Source of the DNA: Clostridia bacterium
GTDB lineage: Bacteria; Bacillota; Clostridia; Christensenellales; RUG350
DNA length: 60,283 nt
Reading direction: 5' to 3'
Assembly: GCA_017631635.1 (NCBI GenBank)
Contig: JAGBSX010000038.1
Coordinates: 1-60,283 of the forward strand
Every line of letters begins with the position of its first letter. The stretch's first letter is position 1. Below the pieces are notes generated by a model. That model ran no database searches. It was not told the DNA's origin and saw only the letters and a program-made list of their open reading frames with translations. Both the position numbers and the translations under genes were made by a program. Positions 37,837 to 48,531 of the stretch are shown one piece after another.

Positions 37837-39426
37837 ATGTACAAAGCATGCATAGTTGACGACAGCGTAATAGAACGAAATGGACTATCACAGATGATAG
37901 ACTGGCAGTCCTACGGTATAGATATCGTAGGATGCTTTGCCAATGCCGAGAGAGTACTCAAATACCTTGAGCAAAACAAAATTGACGTTCTATTTGCCGA
38001 TATACTTATGCCCAAGATGAACGGACTAGAATTGGCGAAGATAGTTCACGACAATTATCCTGACGTTAGGATAATATTTGTGAGTAGTTATGACGATTTT
38101 TCTTACGCCAAATTTGCCATATCTGTAAATGCTAGTTGTTATTTGCTCAAACCAGTAGTAGAAGAAGAACTCATAGATGCAGTCAAGAAGGTTGTTAAAG
38201 AACTAGACAATTCAAATACTCAACGTGCTACGTACCAAAGATTGCAAGACGAAGTCGCTAGTAGCCAAAGCATGGTCACAGAGCAATTGTTTAGGCAGTT
38301 GTTGATGGAGAGTTGTCATCCTCAAAATATTACTTCGTTTTTGTCTGCAGTAGGCATAGACAACAAGGTGTATCCACACGTTAGATGCGTAGCGCTCAAG
38401 TATACTTACAATACTCAGCACACCTCATCTCAAATAAAATTGATAGAAGAAGAGTATTTGTCCGATTTTGGTGAAGAATACTGTCTATATCGTTATGCGT
38501 ACTCGCACGATATGAACGTATTGGCAGTCTTTTCAAAAAACAACGACAAATCTATGTTGAGTGAGTATCTTAATCAATACTATGACAAGTTTATCGAATC
38601 TATAGATGGTTCTTTGGTCATGGGTATTAGTGACAAATCCGATTCGCTATTCAACCTAGATATTTTGTTTAGGCAAGCAGAACACTCCTGTCATTATTCT
38701 TTCTACGCCAATACCTCGATAGTATATTATGATATGATCAAACATTATGAAAATATCGATTTAACAGTCAACGTAGACAGTATAGATATGTTTGAGAATA
38801 TCAAGGGAGTTATCCTCAACAAAGATATAAATGGCGCTATGGAGATGCTAGACACCTATATCAAAAATAGTGGCTATTCTGTCGACGTCACGCGTAGCAT
38901 TGTATTGACTATACTCAACTATATTCAGGTCATACTATACGACCTAAATATCTCTATCACAGATTATTTTGAAGATGCCAAACAAATATGGAACAAAATC
39001 TTTACGCTCAAGACTGTAGATAGCCTAAAGAATTATTTGAAAAACTTGCTGACTATTGTATTTGGTCTAAACGAATACGACAAGATGTCTAGAAATGCTC
39101 GAGTCGTTATGGGTGTCAAGAAATACATTGGTGAAAATTATTCAAACCAAATATCAGTAGAAGATATAGCGCAGAGTATGTTTATCAGCGCTAAACAATG
39201 TAATACGATATTTGAATCACAAGAAAAAATTAGCATATTTGAATATTTGACAAAATTTCGTATGGAGATGGCTCGACAGTTGCTGTCCGATCCTTCAAAC
39301 AAAATATACCAAGTCACAGATATGGTAGGGTATAGAAACAAATCTCATTTTACTGCCATGTTCAAAAAATATTATGGAGTGACACCTACCGAATTTAGAG
39401 GAGAGTTTTCAGATATTGAGAAATAA
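37837..39426 (+). CDS. Two-component response regulator, REC plus AraC-type HTH (YesN-like)
   Basis: REC domain with DVLFADILMP (phospho-Asp) and a C-terminal AraC HTH (VGYRNKSHFTAMFKKYYGVTPTEFR). Confidence 0.9.
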   Translation: MYKACIVDDSVIERNGLSQMIDWQSYGIDIVGCFANAERVLKYLEQNKIDVLFADILMPKMNGLELAKIVHDNYPDVRIIFVSSYDDFSYAKFAISVNASCYLLKPVVEEELIDAVKKVVKELDNSNTQRATYQRLQDEVASSQSMVTEQLFRQLLMESCHPQNITSFLSAVGIDNKVYPHVRCVALKYTYNTQHTSSQIKLIEEEYLSDFGEEYCLYRYAYSHDMNVLAVFSKNNDKSMLSEYLNQYYDKFIESIDGSLVMGISDKSDSLFNLDILFRQAEHSCHYSFYANTSIVYYDMIKHYENIDLTVNVDSIDMFENIKGVILNKDINGAMEMLDTYIKNSGYSVDVTRSIVLTILNYIQVILYDLNISITDYFEDAKQIWNKIFTLKTVDSLKNYLKNLLTIVFGLNEYDKMSRNARVVMGVKKYIGENYSNQISVEDIAQSMFISAKQCNTIFESQEKISIFEYLTKFRMEMARQLLSDPSNKIYQVTDMVGYRNKSHFTAMFKKYYGVTPTEFRGEFSDIEK

Positions 39427-41128
39427 TGGTAAAAAAACTAATCGAACTTACAAACAACGCCTAACTAAGGTGTTGTTTTCTTCGTTATTTTTGCCTATTC
39501 TCATCACTTTTATAGTAATGGCGGTATTTACTTACAAAGAGATATCCGACAATATATATACCGAATACAACGTTGCATCAGAAAAAGCAGAGAGCAACTT
39601 TTCTGCCTCGCTTTTAGAAAATATCGACAAGATAGTCGGTATCAAAGTTAATAGTAGTTTTGACTCATATATGTCCGGTGCTTATGCAAATGACCCGTCG
39701 GGAGCATTTACCTTTTTGGATAAGTACAATCTAGTTATCAAAGCGTATTCTACTGACTTAGTAGGAGACATAAGGGTGTATTGTCTAAATGGCATACCAT
39801 TTAATAGTGAATATTTTTGGAGATATTCTACCTTTGAAGAAGACCCTCTCAACTACTCAAATGATGCATATTTTAGAGCCTTTTTGACAAACCCTCAAAA
39901 AACTGACCAAAACTTTATTTATTATGCCAAAAAAACCGCAGGTGAAGAGTATCTTATCATACTCAATCAGGTTTTCAGTTATGATGGAGAGACTCTCAAT
40001 GGTTTTATACGTGTCGCTATAGATATGCAATACGTCACCGAGAATCTCGACGTACCTGTCAATAGTGATTACTCCGTTTATCTCGAACTAGACGGCAAGT
40101 ATTCTTTGAAAATAGACTATTCTATGCTAGAGGGAGAGAGATTTGTCAAGACAAATTTGATAGAAACTTCTGACAATCCATATCATCAACAATTTAATTC
40201 AAACAAATTGATAGGAGTTAATTATCAATTTGATACTATGCACAGATATATGCCACTGATCTATGCATCTATCGTATGTCTGATATTGCTACTAGTTGCT
40301 TTTGTTATCATTAGACTATATACTGCGCGTATATCCACTTCATTGATGTCTCGTATCAATGATCTATTGAGATATGCTTGTATGGATATGGAAGACCTCA
40401 TCAATACCAAACTCAATCAAAGCGACGAAGTTTATTCTGACGAATTTGGAGAGATAGATAGCAAGATTGTCGAGCTGATATCTTACGTTAGACAATACTA
40501 TGACGAAGCAAATGCTAGCAAAAGCGCAGTAGTAGATATGCAGATGGAATTATTGCAAAAAAGATTTAATCCTCATCTGTTATACAATACTCTAGCGTGC
40601 ATCAAGTACAAAAACAAGGACAAAGAAACCTCCAAGATAATAGATTCACTAGTTAAGTATTATCGCATTTCTTTGAGGAGAGATGGCAATATCGTTAGAC
40701 TCAGAGACGAATTAGATTTGTTGTATGGATACGTAGATATCATCAATTTCTCGCACGATATCGACGTCAAATTGATAGACGAGTGCAATGATTACGAATT
40801 GCCTATCCTCAAAAATATCTTACAACCTTTTGTAGAAAACTCTATTTTTCATGGTTTAGAGGAGAAGAAGTCTGATTACAAATTTGTCAAGATATCCGTC
40901 ACTTCAGACGAATCGAATATTACTATATCCGTATATGACAATGGTCTAGGTATGGATGAAGATACGTTGCAGAGATTTAGACAGGGAAGTTTCACTAGCA
41001 CTATCAATAACTTTGGTTCGTCAAACACTTTTGAGAGAATTCGCAAGTATTATCAGGACAAAGCGACTATTTCTGTAGATAGCAAAGAAGGAGAGTATAC
41101 TCTCATTACGATTTCTATTGCTTTGTAG
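39416..41128 (+). CDS. Sensor histidine kinase (YesM / LytS-YehU-type His_kinase domain)
   Basis: Two transmembrane helices flank a sensor domain of about 250 aa. Then FNPHLLYNTL (H-box) and an HATPase_c domain (NSIFHGL, DNGLGM). Confidence 0.88.
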   Translation: MRNNGKKTNRTYKQRLTKVLFSSLFLPILITFIVMAVFTYKEISDNIYTEYNVASEKAESNFSASLLENIDKIVGIKVNSSFDSYMSGAYANDPSGAFTFLDKYNLVIKAYSTDLVGDIRVYCLNGIPFNSEYFWRYSTFEEDPLNYSNDAYFRAFLTNPQKTDQNFIYYAKKTAGEEYLIILNQVFSYDGETLNGFIRVAIDMQYVTENLDVPVNSDYSVYLELDGKYSLKIDYSMLEGERFVKTNLIETSDNPYHQQFNSNKLIGVNYQFDTMHRYMPLIYASIVCLILLLVAFVIIRLYTARISTSLMSRINDLLRYACMDMEDLINTKLNQSDEVYSDEFGEIDSKIVELISYVRQYYDEANASKSAVVDMQMELLQKRFNPHLLYNTLACIKYKNKDKETSKIIDSLVKYYRISLRRDGNIVRLRDELDLLYGYVDIINFSHDIDVKLIDECNDYELPILKNILQPFVENSIFHGLEEKKSDYKFVKISVTSDESNITISVYDNGLGMDEDTLQRFRQGSFTSTINNFGSSNTFERIRKYYQDKATISVDSKEGEYTLITISIAL

Positions 41129-41191
41129 TGCTTTGGTCAGTAATAAATGGTAAAATGGGCAAAAATCGTTAAAAAAAGTTAATATCGTATA

Positions 41192-41220
41192 TTGAAAAAT
41201 TGCTTTTTTTAAGATAAAAT
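41192..41220 (+). promoter_or_regulatory. Promoter of the ABC transporter genes
   Basis: TTGAAA (41192-41197), 17 nt, TAAAAT (41215-41220). Confidence 0.45.
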
Positions 41221-41239
41221 GTAAAATAGAATAATTATT

Positions 41240-42319
41240 GTGAGGTGTAATACTTTGGAATTAAATAACAACACCACCGAAAATATAATAGAAGAGACCG
41301 TTGACACCTCTATAGAGAGTGCGACGGATATTTCTGTTGTAGATGATTTTAAACCTATATCAGACGGACCTGTTGAGAAGAAACGTTTGCATCCATTCGT
41401 TTACTTCTTGCAACAACACGGAGTATTTTATCTGTTCATGTTGCCAGCGCTTTTGGCTGTATTCGTGTTTAGTTATCTACCACTACCAGGTCTTATCTTT
41501 GCTTTCAAAGAGTATTCGATGGGAGACAATCCTAACTTCTTGATGGCATTATTCCAAAATGACAAGACTGTATACTGGGTAGGACTAGAGAAGATCAGAG
41601 AGTTGTTTGCTAATCCTACGGTTGTAGAGGCTATTCTCAATACTTTGGTCATCAACGGTTTGAGCTTGCTTATAGAGTTCCCTATGCCTATCATACTTGC
41701 ACTTCTCCTCAATGAAGTTCAATCTATGTGGTTCAAGAAGGTTGCGCAGACTATATCTTATTTGCCACACTTCTTGTCTATGGCATCCGTACTAGTTATA
41801 GTTATGAAGTTGTTCTCCAAAGATGGTATTATCAATGACTTTATGGTTATGTTAGACCCGTCATACGTGGGTACCTCTATACTTGCTGACGAGACTATGT
41901 TTATCCCTAACTATATGATGATTACCGTATGGAAGGGTGTAGGTTGGGGCTCTATTATTTACCTTGCTACTTTGTCTGGAGTATCTGCATCTCTCTACGA
42001 GGCTGCCGCTATAGACGGTGCTAATAAGTTCCAACAAATGTTGCACGTCACACTCCCAGCGCTAGCGTCTACTATATCCTTGCTATTGATACTCAAGATG
42101 GGTAGTTTGCTCGGTAGTAATTTTGAGTTGGTTCAAGGTCTATCAAACCCTGCCAATCCATACATGGTTATTTCTACATACGTTTACAACCAAGGTTTGC
42201 AAGGAGACAACGTGCCTGGTGCTACTGCAGTAGGATTTGTACAAGGTATAGTATCCTTAATACTGGTTTCTGCAGCCAATAAGTTCTCCAAGTGGTTGAG
42301 TGGAACTGCGATATGGTAA
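41240..42319 (+). CDS. Carbohydrate ABC transporter permease (LplB/YteP type) with acidic N-terminal extension
   Basis: 6 transmembrane helices and the EAA loop YEAAAIDGANKFQQMLHVTLPAL. There is no in-frame ATG before the first transmembrane helix, so the start is GTG 41240 or TTG 41255 (GAGGTG RBS). Confidence 0.85.
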   Translation: MRCNTLELNNNTTENIIEETVDTSIESATDISVVDDFKPISDGPVEKKRLHPFVYFLQQHGVFYLFMLPALLAVFVFSYLPLPGLIFAFKEYSMGDNPNFLMALFQNDKTVYWVGLEKIRELFANPTVVEAILNTLVINGLSLLIEFPMPIILALLLNEVQSMWFKKVAQTISYLPHFLSMASVLVIVMKLFSKDGIINDFMVMLDPSYVGTSILADETMFIPNYMMITVWKGVGWGSIIYLATLSGVSASLYEAAAIDGANKFQQMLHVTLPALASTISLLLILKMGSLLGSNFELVQGLSNPANPYMVISTYVYNQGLQGDNVPGATAVGFVQGIVSLILVSAANKFSKWLSGTAIW

Positions 42320-42332
42320 GAGGTGATAAGAT

Positions 42333-43238
42333 ATGATTACAAAATCTACAGGTTATACAATATTTCAAATTATTAACTATATCATATTGAGTTTGGTGAC
42401 GTTCTTATTCTTGTTCCCATACCTACATATGTTGGCTGTTGCACTTACTTCAGGTGATAGCGAAGTAGTATTTTTGATTCCCAATGGCGTCACCTTGGCT
42501 AACTTTGGTACTATATTCCAAGATCCAACTTTGCTTAATTCAGCTTTTGTAACCGTTAGCCGTGTTATAGCAGGTACTTTGATCGCATTCGTTGTACAAT
42601 TCTTGGCAGCTTACGCATTTACTCGTAAGAATATGCCAGGTAGAACTCAACTTTTGTTGTTCCTTACCTTGCCAATGTTCTTAAGTGCAGGTCTTGTCCC
42701 TTCATTTATATTGATGGCTATACTTGATCTCAACAATACCTTCTGGGTATACATATTGCCAACTTGTTTCTCTATGTATAATATGATTATCATACGTACG
42801 TATATAGAGGGACTACCTCAGTCTTTGACTGAGTCTGCTAGAGTTGACGGTGCGAGCGAGTTGAGAGTTTTGTGGAGCATAGTGCTACCTCTATCCAAGC
42901 CTATTATTGCTACCATATGTCTATGGTTGGCAGTAGGACATTGGAATGACTGGGTTACTACTTTGTACTATGCATCTGCAAATACTGATTTGCACACTCT
43001 ACAATATAGAATGTACCTATCACTCAACGAGGCAAATCGTATCCAAGAGTTGATTAAGGCAGCCGCAGAGAGCAATTCTGGAGACCTAGAGTCTTTGGAG
43101 AATCAACTTAACCAACTCAAAGCAGGTACTTTGGTGGCAGCGCAGTTGATAGTGACCACGTTGCCTATCATATGCGTATATCCTTTCGTTCAGAAGTATT
43201 TCGTTAAGGGTGTAATGATAGGTTCGGTAAAAGGATAA
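42333..43238 (+). CDS. Carbohydrate ABC transporter permease (LplC/YtcP type)
   Basis: 6 transmembrane helices and the EAA loop ESARVDGASELRVLWSIVLPL. Confidence 0.88.
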   Translation: MITKSTGYTIFQIINYIILSLVTFLFLFPYLHMLAVALTSGDSEVVFLIPNGVTLANFGTIFQDPTLLNSAFVTVSRVIAGTLIAFVVQFLAAYAFTRKNMPGRTQLLLFLTLPMFLSAGLVPSFILMAILDLNNTFWVYILPTCFSMYNMIIIRTYIEGLPQSLTESARVDGASELRVLWSIVLPLSKPIIATICLWLAVGHWNDWVTTLYYASANTDLHTLQYRMYLSLNEANRIQELIKAAAESNSGDLESLENQLNQLKAGTLVAAQLIVTTLPIICVYPFVQKYFVKGVMIGSVKG

Positions 43239-43315
43239 TATTTTAATATTATTCGTAGTTAGAATCGTTAATAATTGTACAAAAATTGTACAAATTAAAA
43301 TATAAGGAGATAGTT

Positions 43316-45475
43316 ATGAAAAAGATTAAAACTTTAGTAGTTGCATTACTTTCTTTCATAATGGTATTTACAGCAGCATGTACACCAGCTCCTCACACAC
43401 ACACAGATGCTGATAGCGATAGCGTTTGTGATACTTGTGGAGAGACGCTATCCGGCGGTGGCCCTCAAACACCTATGGTATACGCTTGGGATGGTGCTAC
43501 CCATTATAGTTATTTTGAAGATGATGATGCATATCAAGACTCTTCTGAATTGCCAGATTATGAAGGATCTACTTTGCAACTTGAGGTATGGAAAGACTTC
43601 TTGGTTGATACGTCAAAGGCTTCTATCAGCGACGTAGTATCCCCAGAAATCGCTCGTATTACCGGTGTGTCTATTGACCAAACTAAGGTAGAAACCAATG
43701 CTGGTGGTTTCCAAACCAAACTTTCCCAAATAGTTACTAATGGTAAAGAAACTGGACGATATCCTGCTGATATCGCATACGCATCAGAAGCTACTGGTAT
43801 CAACATTATTCAAGCTGACATTGTCAAAGATTTGACCAATTTGTTGCCTATATATGCTCCAAACCTATATGCTCGTATGATGGCAGTTAACAACGGATCT
43901 ATATTTAGTTCTAACTGTATCAACGGTGGTGTCAGAGGTATGATATATGGTATACCATATGCAATCGGTGACGTTGACCTAACGAACTCACACCTTAACT
44001 TCAATTCAGATGTAGTTAATTCTAACGCTGCTTCATCTTATCAAGGTGTCAATGAGAAGTATAAGTACGTATACGTTAGAGATGACATCATGGTTAAGGT
44101 ATACGAGTATGCTGTCGCTAATCCTAGTGCTGGTTATGACAAGTTCTTCCAAAAGGATGCTCAAGACAACCTAATCTCTCCTAAGAGAGTATCTGATCTA
44201 AGTGCTAAGTATTTGAATGGTGAGGCATATACCGAAGAGGATATCTTTGATATCGACATCAACTCTGAGGCTGAATACATGGAGTTCCTCCGTGCAGTCA
44301 AAGTAGTTATAGATCACTACGAGATCAAAGAGAATGGTGACCCTGTAGAAGTCACTTACGCAACTTGCGGAAAAGATACAGATAACTGGAACCTAATGCA
44401 AATGATGTTCTCTGCAGTACAAGGTAGACCATCTGGTATAGACCAAATGTTTACCTACTGGGATAGGGAGGAAGAAGAAGTTCTTCTCATGTTGGAGCAA
44501 GATTTCTTTAAGCAATCTCTCAAGTACTGGTATCAAGCTATCAAAGATGGTACTATCGATGGAGATTTTACCATTAACAATGATGCCTTCTTGAAGAAGG
44601 TAAATGCAGGTAGATACGCTATCACTTATCCTTACAATATGCCTAACAATTTAGCATTAGCAAACAAGGGCTATCAATATCGTAAGTTGTATATCAATAT
44701 ACCTCAAGCAGACCGTTTTGCATATATGGCTACCCAAGAGCCTAAACCTTCTTGCGTATACATTTTCAAAGATGTTTCTGATGAGGATACCAAGCAAATC
44801 CTAATGTGGATGGATTTCCAATGTACAGTTATCGCTGATAGACTATGGGCATGGGGTCCTGGTGGTGACGATGCTCTATGGGAGTACAAATATGAAGGTG
44901 GCGAACAGGTATATGATGCGTTTGGTGATCCACAACGTGTATTCAAGAGTGACTACGCAGATCTAGAGAACTACATGGTTAACCAATTGTCAGATATCAA
45001 TGACTACACTCTAAAGTACAACCTCTACAATGGTAAAATTACTAGCAATTCAAAAGGATTCATATGCCCATATTTCATTAATGGTGCATCTGATCAATTG
45101 CCTTCTATCAGATATCCTCAAGATGCAAAGCAATTGAAAGCATCCGAATATGCTAGTGCATACACTACTGTTGCAGTATTTGGCGAGGCTGAAATCGACC
45201 AAGTCAAGAAGTTGCCTACACTTTGGTTGTGGTATGTAGAAGTACCTGAGTTGAAGAAGTGCTGGCTAAAGAGACAAACTATAGAGAGTGAGCTAGTTCA
45301 AATACTTGGTGCTTCTGATGATGCCGATTTTGAGTCCAGATATAACAAAATGGTTAACGTTGTAACATCACCTACTGGTGACGTTAAGTTGACTGGTGAC
45401 GTACTAGCAGATCTGGATACAGCATTTAAGGAGGCTAACAGAGATTTCATGGATAACATTGTCCTTGATGACTAA
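43316..45475 (+). CDS. Large extracellular solute-binding lipoprotein 1 (LplA-like, about 719 aa)
   Basis: ATG 43316 with an AAGGAG RBS. Lipobox FTAAC. Located directly after the two permeases. Paralogous to the next gene. The binding-protein assignment comes from context and size, not from a motif. Confidence 0.65.
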   Translation: MKKIKTLVVALLSFIMVFTAACTPAPHTHTDADSDSVCDTCGETLSGGGPQTPMVYAWDGATHYSYFEDDDAYQDSSELPDYEGSTLQLEVWKDFLVDTSKASISDVVSPEIARITGVSIDQTKVETNAGGFQTKLSQIVTNGKETGRYPADIAYASEATGINIIQADIVKDLTNLLPIYAPNLYARMMAVNNGSIFSSNCINGGVRGMIYGIPYAIGDVDLTNSHLNFNSDVVNSNAASSYQGVNEKYKYVYVRDDIMVKVYEYAVANPSAGYDKFFQKDAQDNLISPKRVSDLSAKYLNGEAYTEEDIFDIDINSEAEYMEFLRAVKVVIDHYEIKENGDPVEVTYATCGKDTDNWNLMQMMFSAVQGRPSGIDQMFTYWDREEEEVLLMLEQDFFKQSLKYWYQAIKDGTIDGDFTINNDAFLKKVNAGRYAITYPYNMPNNLALANKGYQYRKLYINIPQADRFAYMATQEPKPSCVYIFKDVSDEDTKQILMWMDFQCTVIADRLWAWGPGGDDALWEYKYEGGEQVYDAFGDPQRVFKSDYADLENYMVNQLSDINDYTLKYNLYNGKITSNSKGFICPYFINGASDQLPSIRYPQDAKQLKASEYASAYTTVAVFGEAEIDQVKKLPTLWLWYVEVPELKKCWLKRQTIESELVQILGASDDADFESRYNKMVNVVTSPTGDVKLTGDVLADLDTAFKEANRDFMDNIVLDD

Positions 45476-45493
45476 TATCTAAATATATGGCGT

Positions 45494-45517
45494 CCGATGC
45501 ACTTTTTAGTGCATCGG
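45494..45517 (+). other. Intercistronic stem-loop (no T-run)
   Basis: CCGATGCAC / GTGCATCGG, a 9-bp perfect stem with a 6-nt loop, between the two binding-protein genes. Confidence 0.6.
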
Positions 45518-45628
45518 GTTGCCAGCATTAGAGTATATTGCTTATATATCGTAATGTATTTTAAAAAATACCTTGCGTTATGTAAATAGTATATATATTT
45601 ACTATTTTTCTCTGGAGGGAAATTTTGT

Positions 45629-47638
45629 ATGAGAAAACTTAGACATTTATTTTCTATAGTTTTGTCCGTAGCTTTCGCTTTTTCCGTGGTAGGATGTTCG
45701 CCTGCACCACACAATCATACTGATGCTGATAACAATAGCGTTTGTGATACTTGTGGAGAGACACTACCTGGTGGTGGTACTGGTGGCGGTGAAAGTAATG
45801 AACCTACCGTTAGTTATTCATGGTCATCTACTACCGTGACAGATTCTACCCAAATTAGCGATTGGGATGGAGTTAGCCTAACTTTGAGTGTGTATTACGC
45901 AAATTCTGGATATTCTGGTAATGCTGTAGGTACAAATGACAAAGTTTTGAGCGAAATCAAGAGAATCACCGGAATATCTTTGACAAAAGCAACTTCTGCT
46001 GATAGTGCTGACCTTATTATCGGTACACCTCAAGATGGTACTGATTTTACAAGTAGAGGTACTATGAAGAACGTGATTGATAATCTCAAGCAATATGCTC
46101 CAAATTTGTACGCTAGATACAACAATTACAATTCTTTGATATTCGACCAAACACACGTGAGTGGTGGTAAGAAGAATACTATCTATGGCGTGCCATTTGG
46201 TATATATGGTACTAATATGAGTGAGGTGCTAGGTACTACCAACGTATCTATCGCTGCTGGTGCTGCATACAACAATGTTGAAGAGCAAAATGGCTACATT
46301 TGGGTAAGAGACGACGTCCTCAAGGCTATCAATCCAGATGCGCTACAAGTATCTGACTTGGAGAGTATATACAGCCAAAACGGTGCTTTCACTAGCGAGC
46401 AATTGTTTAATGCTTCACTAGGTAGTGCTACCCAGTCAAATGAAGATGCATTTGTACAATTCGTTAAGGACGTAGCTGATTATATTGAGGCAAATCCTAC
46501 CACCATGGCAGACACATATGCTACTTATTTGAGAGCAGGTGCAGACGTAGACTGGGATATATTCAAGTTGATACTTGCTGGATTGTATGGATCAAACGAT
46601 GGATACAACAGTATGTATATGTACTGGGATAAGTCTAGATCAAAACTAGTAGCTACTTATGCTGTGCCATCTAACGGTGAGAGAAATGATCCTACCAAGT
46701 GGACTGAGTTTGAGTCTAGCATGTACAAGCTCAACCAATTGTATCTATACGGTGCAGTAGACCCTGATTGCTTTACAGATAATAGAGAGTCTTTTGAGAC
46801 CAAGAGAGATGCTGGTAATTATATCATATCTTTCTCAAGCGAGAGACCTGAGTCAAACACTTATAGCTATCGTAAAGTATACTTCAAAAATGGTCAAAAT
46901 ACTACCAAGTATGCATATATGGACGACGCTATAGATTCTACCTATTGCGTATACATCACCAGCAACGTTCAAGATGCTAAGTTGCCACAAATTATGAGAT
47001 GGCTAGATTTCCAATCTACTGATGTAGCAGACAAATTGTATGCATATGGAGTATCATCAGCAAATCTATATAATAGTGCTACCAAGTCATTTAGCGATAC
47101 CAGCCTAAATGCTTATATGATAACTGATTTGTACAACTCTGCTAACTATACCAACTCATACAACCTATACAATGGTAAGACTAAGAACAATATACCTGTA
47201 TTCTCATTCTTAGCAGATGGTGCTAGCAAGTACTCTCCAGCAGTATTGGCATCAAAGAGTGCTGACTATATTGAATACTATTTCTCAACATATTCCGTGC
47301 TAGGCGCTCCTGTCAAGAATAAGGTATTGCGTACTATAGATATCAATAATTGGACTGACGAAGAAGATACCAATTACTATATTGAGTCTGCAGTTAGTGC
47401 ATTTACAGATATGTCAGCTATATATCAAACTTTGACCGAACTATTGACACTAGAGAATCCAGACGCTGAGAAGGAAGATGGATTGATGTTTAAGTCAGAC
47501 AAGTTTGAGACTTTGGCTGCAACTATCAACGTTGTGGGTGTCTCTGGACTAATCAACACACTAGAGTCCAAGTTTAAGGATGCTAATAGTGACGACGTAT
47601 CCAAGAAGTACTATTGGATAATGTCTACAACGGCTTAG
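45629..47638 (+). CDS. Large extracellular solute-binding lipoprotein 2 (paralog, 669 aa)
   Basis: GGAGGG RBS and lipobox VVGC. Patches are collinear with the preceding protein (YAPNLYAR, IYGVPF, YIWVRDDV, WLDFQ). Confidence 0.65.
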   Translation: MRKLRHLFSIVLSVAFAFSVVGCSPAPHNHTDADNNSVCDTCGETLPGGGTGGGESNEPTVSYSWSSTTVTDSTQISDWDGVSLTLSVYYANSGYSGNAVGTNDKVLSEIKRITGISLTKATSADSADLIIGTPQDGTDFTSRGTMKNVIDNLKQYAPNLYARYNNYNSLIFDQTHVSGGKKNTIYGVPFGIYGTNMSEVLGTTNVSIAAGAAYNNVEEQNGYIWVRDDVLKAINPDALQVSDLESIYSQNGAFTSEQLFNASLGSATQSNEDAFVQFVKDVADYIEANPTTMADTYATYLRAGADVDWDIFKLILAGLYGSNDGYNSMYMYWDKSRSKLVATYAVPSNGERNDPTKWTEFESSMYKLNQLYLYGAVDPDCFTDNRESFETKRDAGNYIISFSSERPESNTYSYRKVYFKNGQNTTKYAYMDDAIDSTYCVYITSNVQDAKLPQIMRWLDFQSTDVADKLYAYGVSSANLYNSATKSFSDTSLNAYMITDLYNSANYTNSYNLYNGKTKNNIPVFSFLADGASKYSPAVLASKSADYIEYYFSTYSVLGAPVKNKVLRTIDINNWTDEEDTNYYIESAVSAFTDMSAIYQTLTELLTLENPDAEKEDGLMFKSDKFETLAATINVVGVSGLINTLESKFKDANSDDVSKKYYWIMSTTA

Positions 47639-47703
47639 GAACAACACTAAAATCGACGCTGGGCAATTTTGCTCGGCGTTATTTTTCAAAAAGAGGTAAG
47701 CAT

Positions 47704-48531
47704 ATGAGGATAGGACTACGTGCACATGATTTGGCAGAGCCAAATTATATAGAATTATGCAAGCAACTAGACAAACATGATATTAGATGCATACAACTTG
47801 CTCTACCTAAAGTAATAGAGGGATTTTATCAAAAATCTATATATGAGAGGGAGAAAATAGTTAAAGATTTTGCAAACGTGCTAAATGATTATGGCATCAC
47901 GACAAACGTACTTGGTTGTTATATCAATCCGTCTGAGAGGGATGTAGAAAAACTTAATAAGCAGAGAGACACTTTTTTTGAAAATATAGAATATGCCAAA
48001 ATAATAAACGCTCAAGTCATAGGCACGGAGACTGGCTCTCTCAATCCAGATGGCTCGTACAATCCTCTGAATCACCAAGAATATGCCTATCAATATGTAA
48101 TGGAGAGTATATCTCTATTTGTCGATAGGGCAAAAAATATTGGAGTTAACGTAGGTGTCGAAGCAGTATGGCAATTTGTTATTCATGACGTCAATAGCGT
48201 AAAGCGTATGTTAGATGATATATCATCTCCTAATTTGAAGGTGATATTTGATCCTGTCAATATGTTGTGTTATGACAATCATCACCAATCATTTGAAATA
48301 TTCAAAGACGTCGTTGATACTTATCTAGACAAGATATCCGTACTTCATCTAAAGGATTATTCTATTCAAAATCAAGCAATGCAATATGGAGTACCATATA
48401 GCGGTCAATTTAATTTTGCTAGATTTATAGAGATGATGAAAGATGCTAACGACCAACTTGACTTTATCGTAGAAGAAACTAATCCAAACAACGTATCAAA
48501 TATATTAAGACAATTAAGGAGTAATTTATGA
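47704..48531 (+). CDS. Sugar phosphate isomerase/epimerase (xylose-isomerase-like TIM barrel)
   Basis: ATG 47704 with an AGAGG RBS. MRIGLRAHDL..., VIGTETGS and HLKD patterns typical of the AP_endonuc_2/TIM-barrel family. Confidence 0.6.
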   Translation: MRIGLRAHDLAEPNYIELCKQLDKHDIRCIQLALPKVIEGFYQKSIYEREKIVKDFANVLNDYGITTNVLGCYINPSERDVEKLNKQRDTFFENIEYAKIINAQVIGTETGSLNPDGSYNPLNHQEYAYQYVMESISLFVDRAKNIGVNVGVEAVWQFVIHDVNSVKRMLDDISSPNLKVIFDPVNMLCYDNHHQSFEIFKDVVDTYLDKISVLHLKDYSIQNQAMQYGVPYSGQFNFARFIEMMKDANDQLDFIVEETNPNNVSNILRQLRSNL

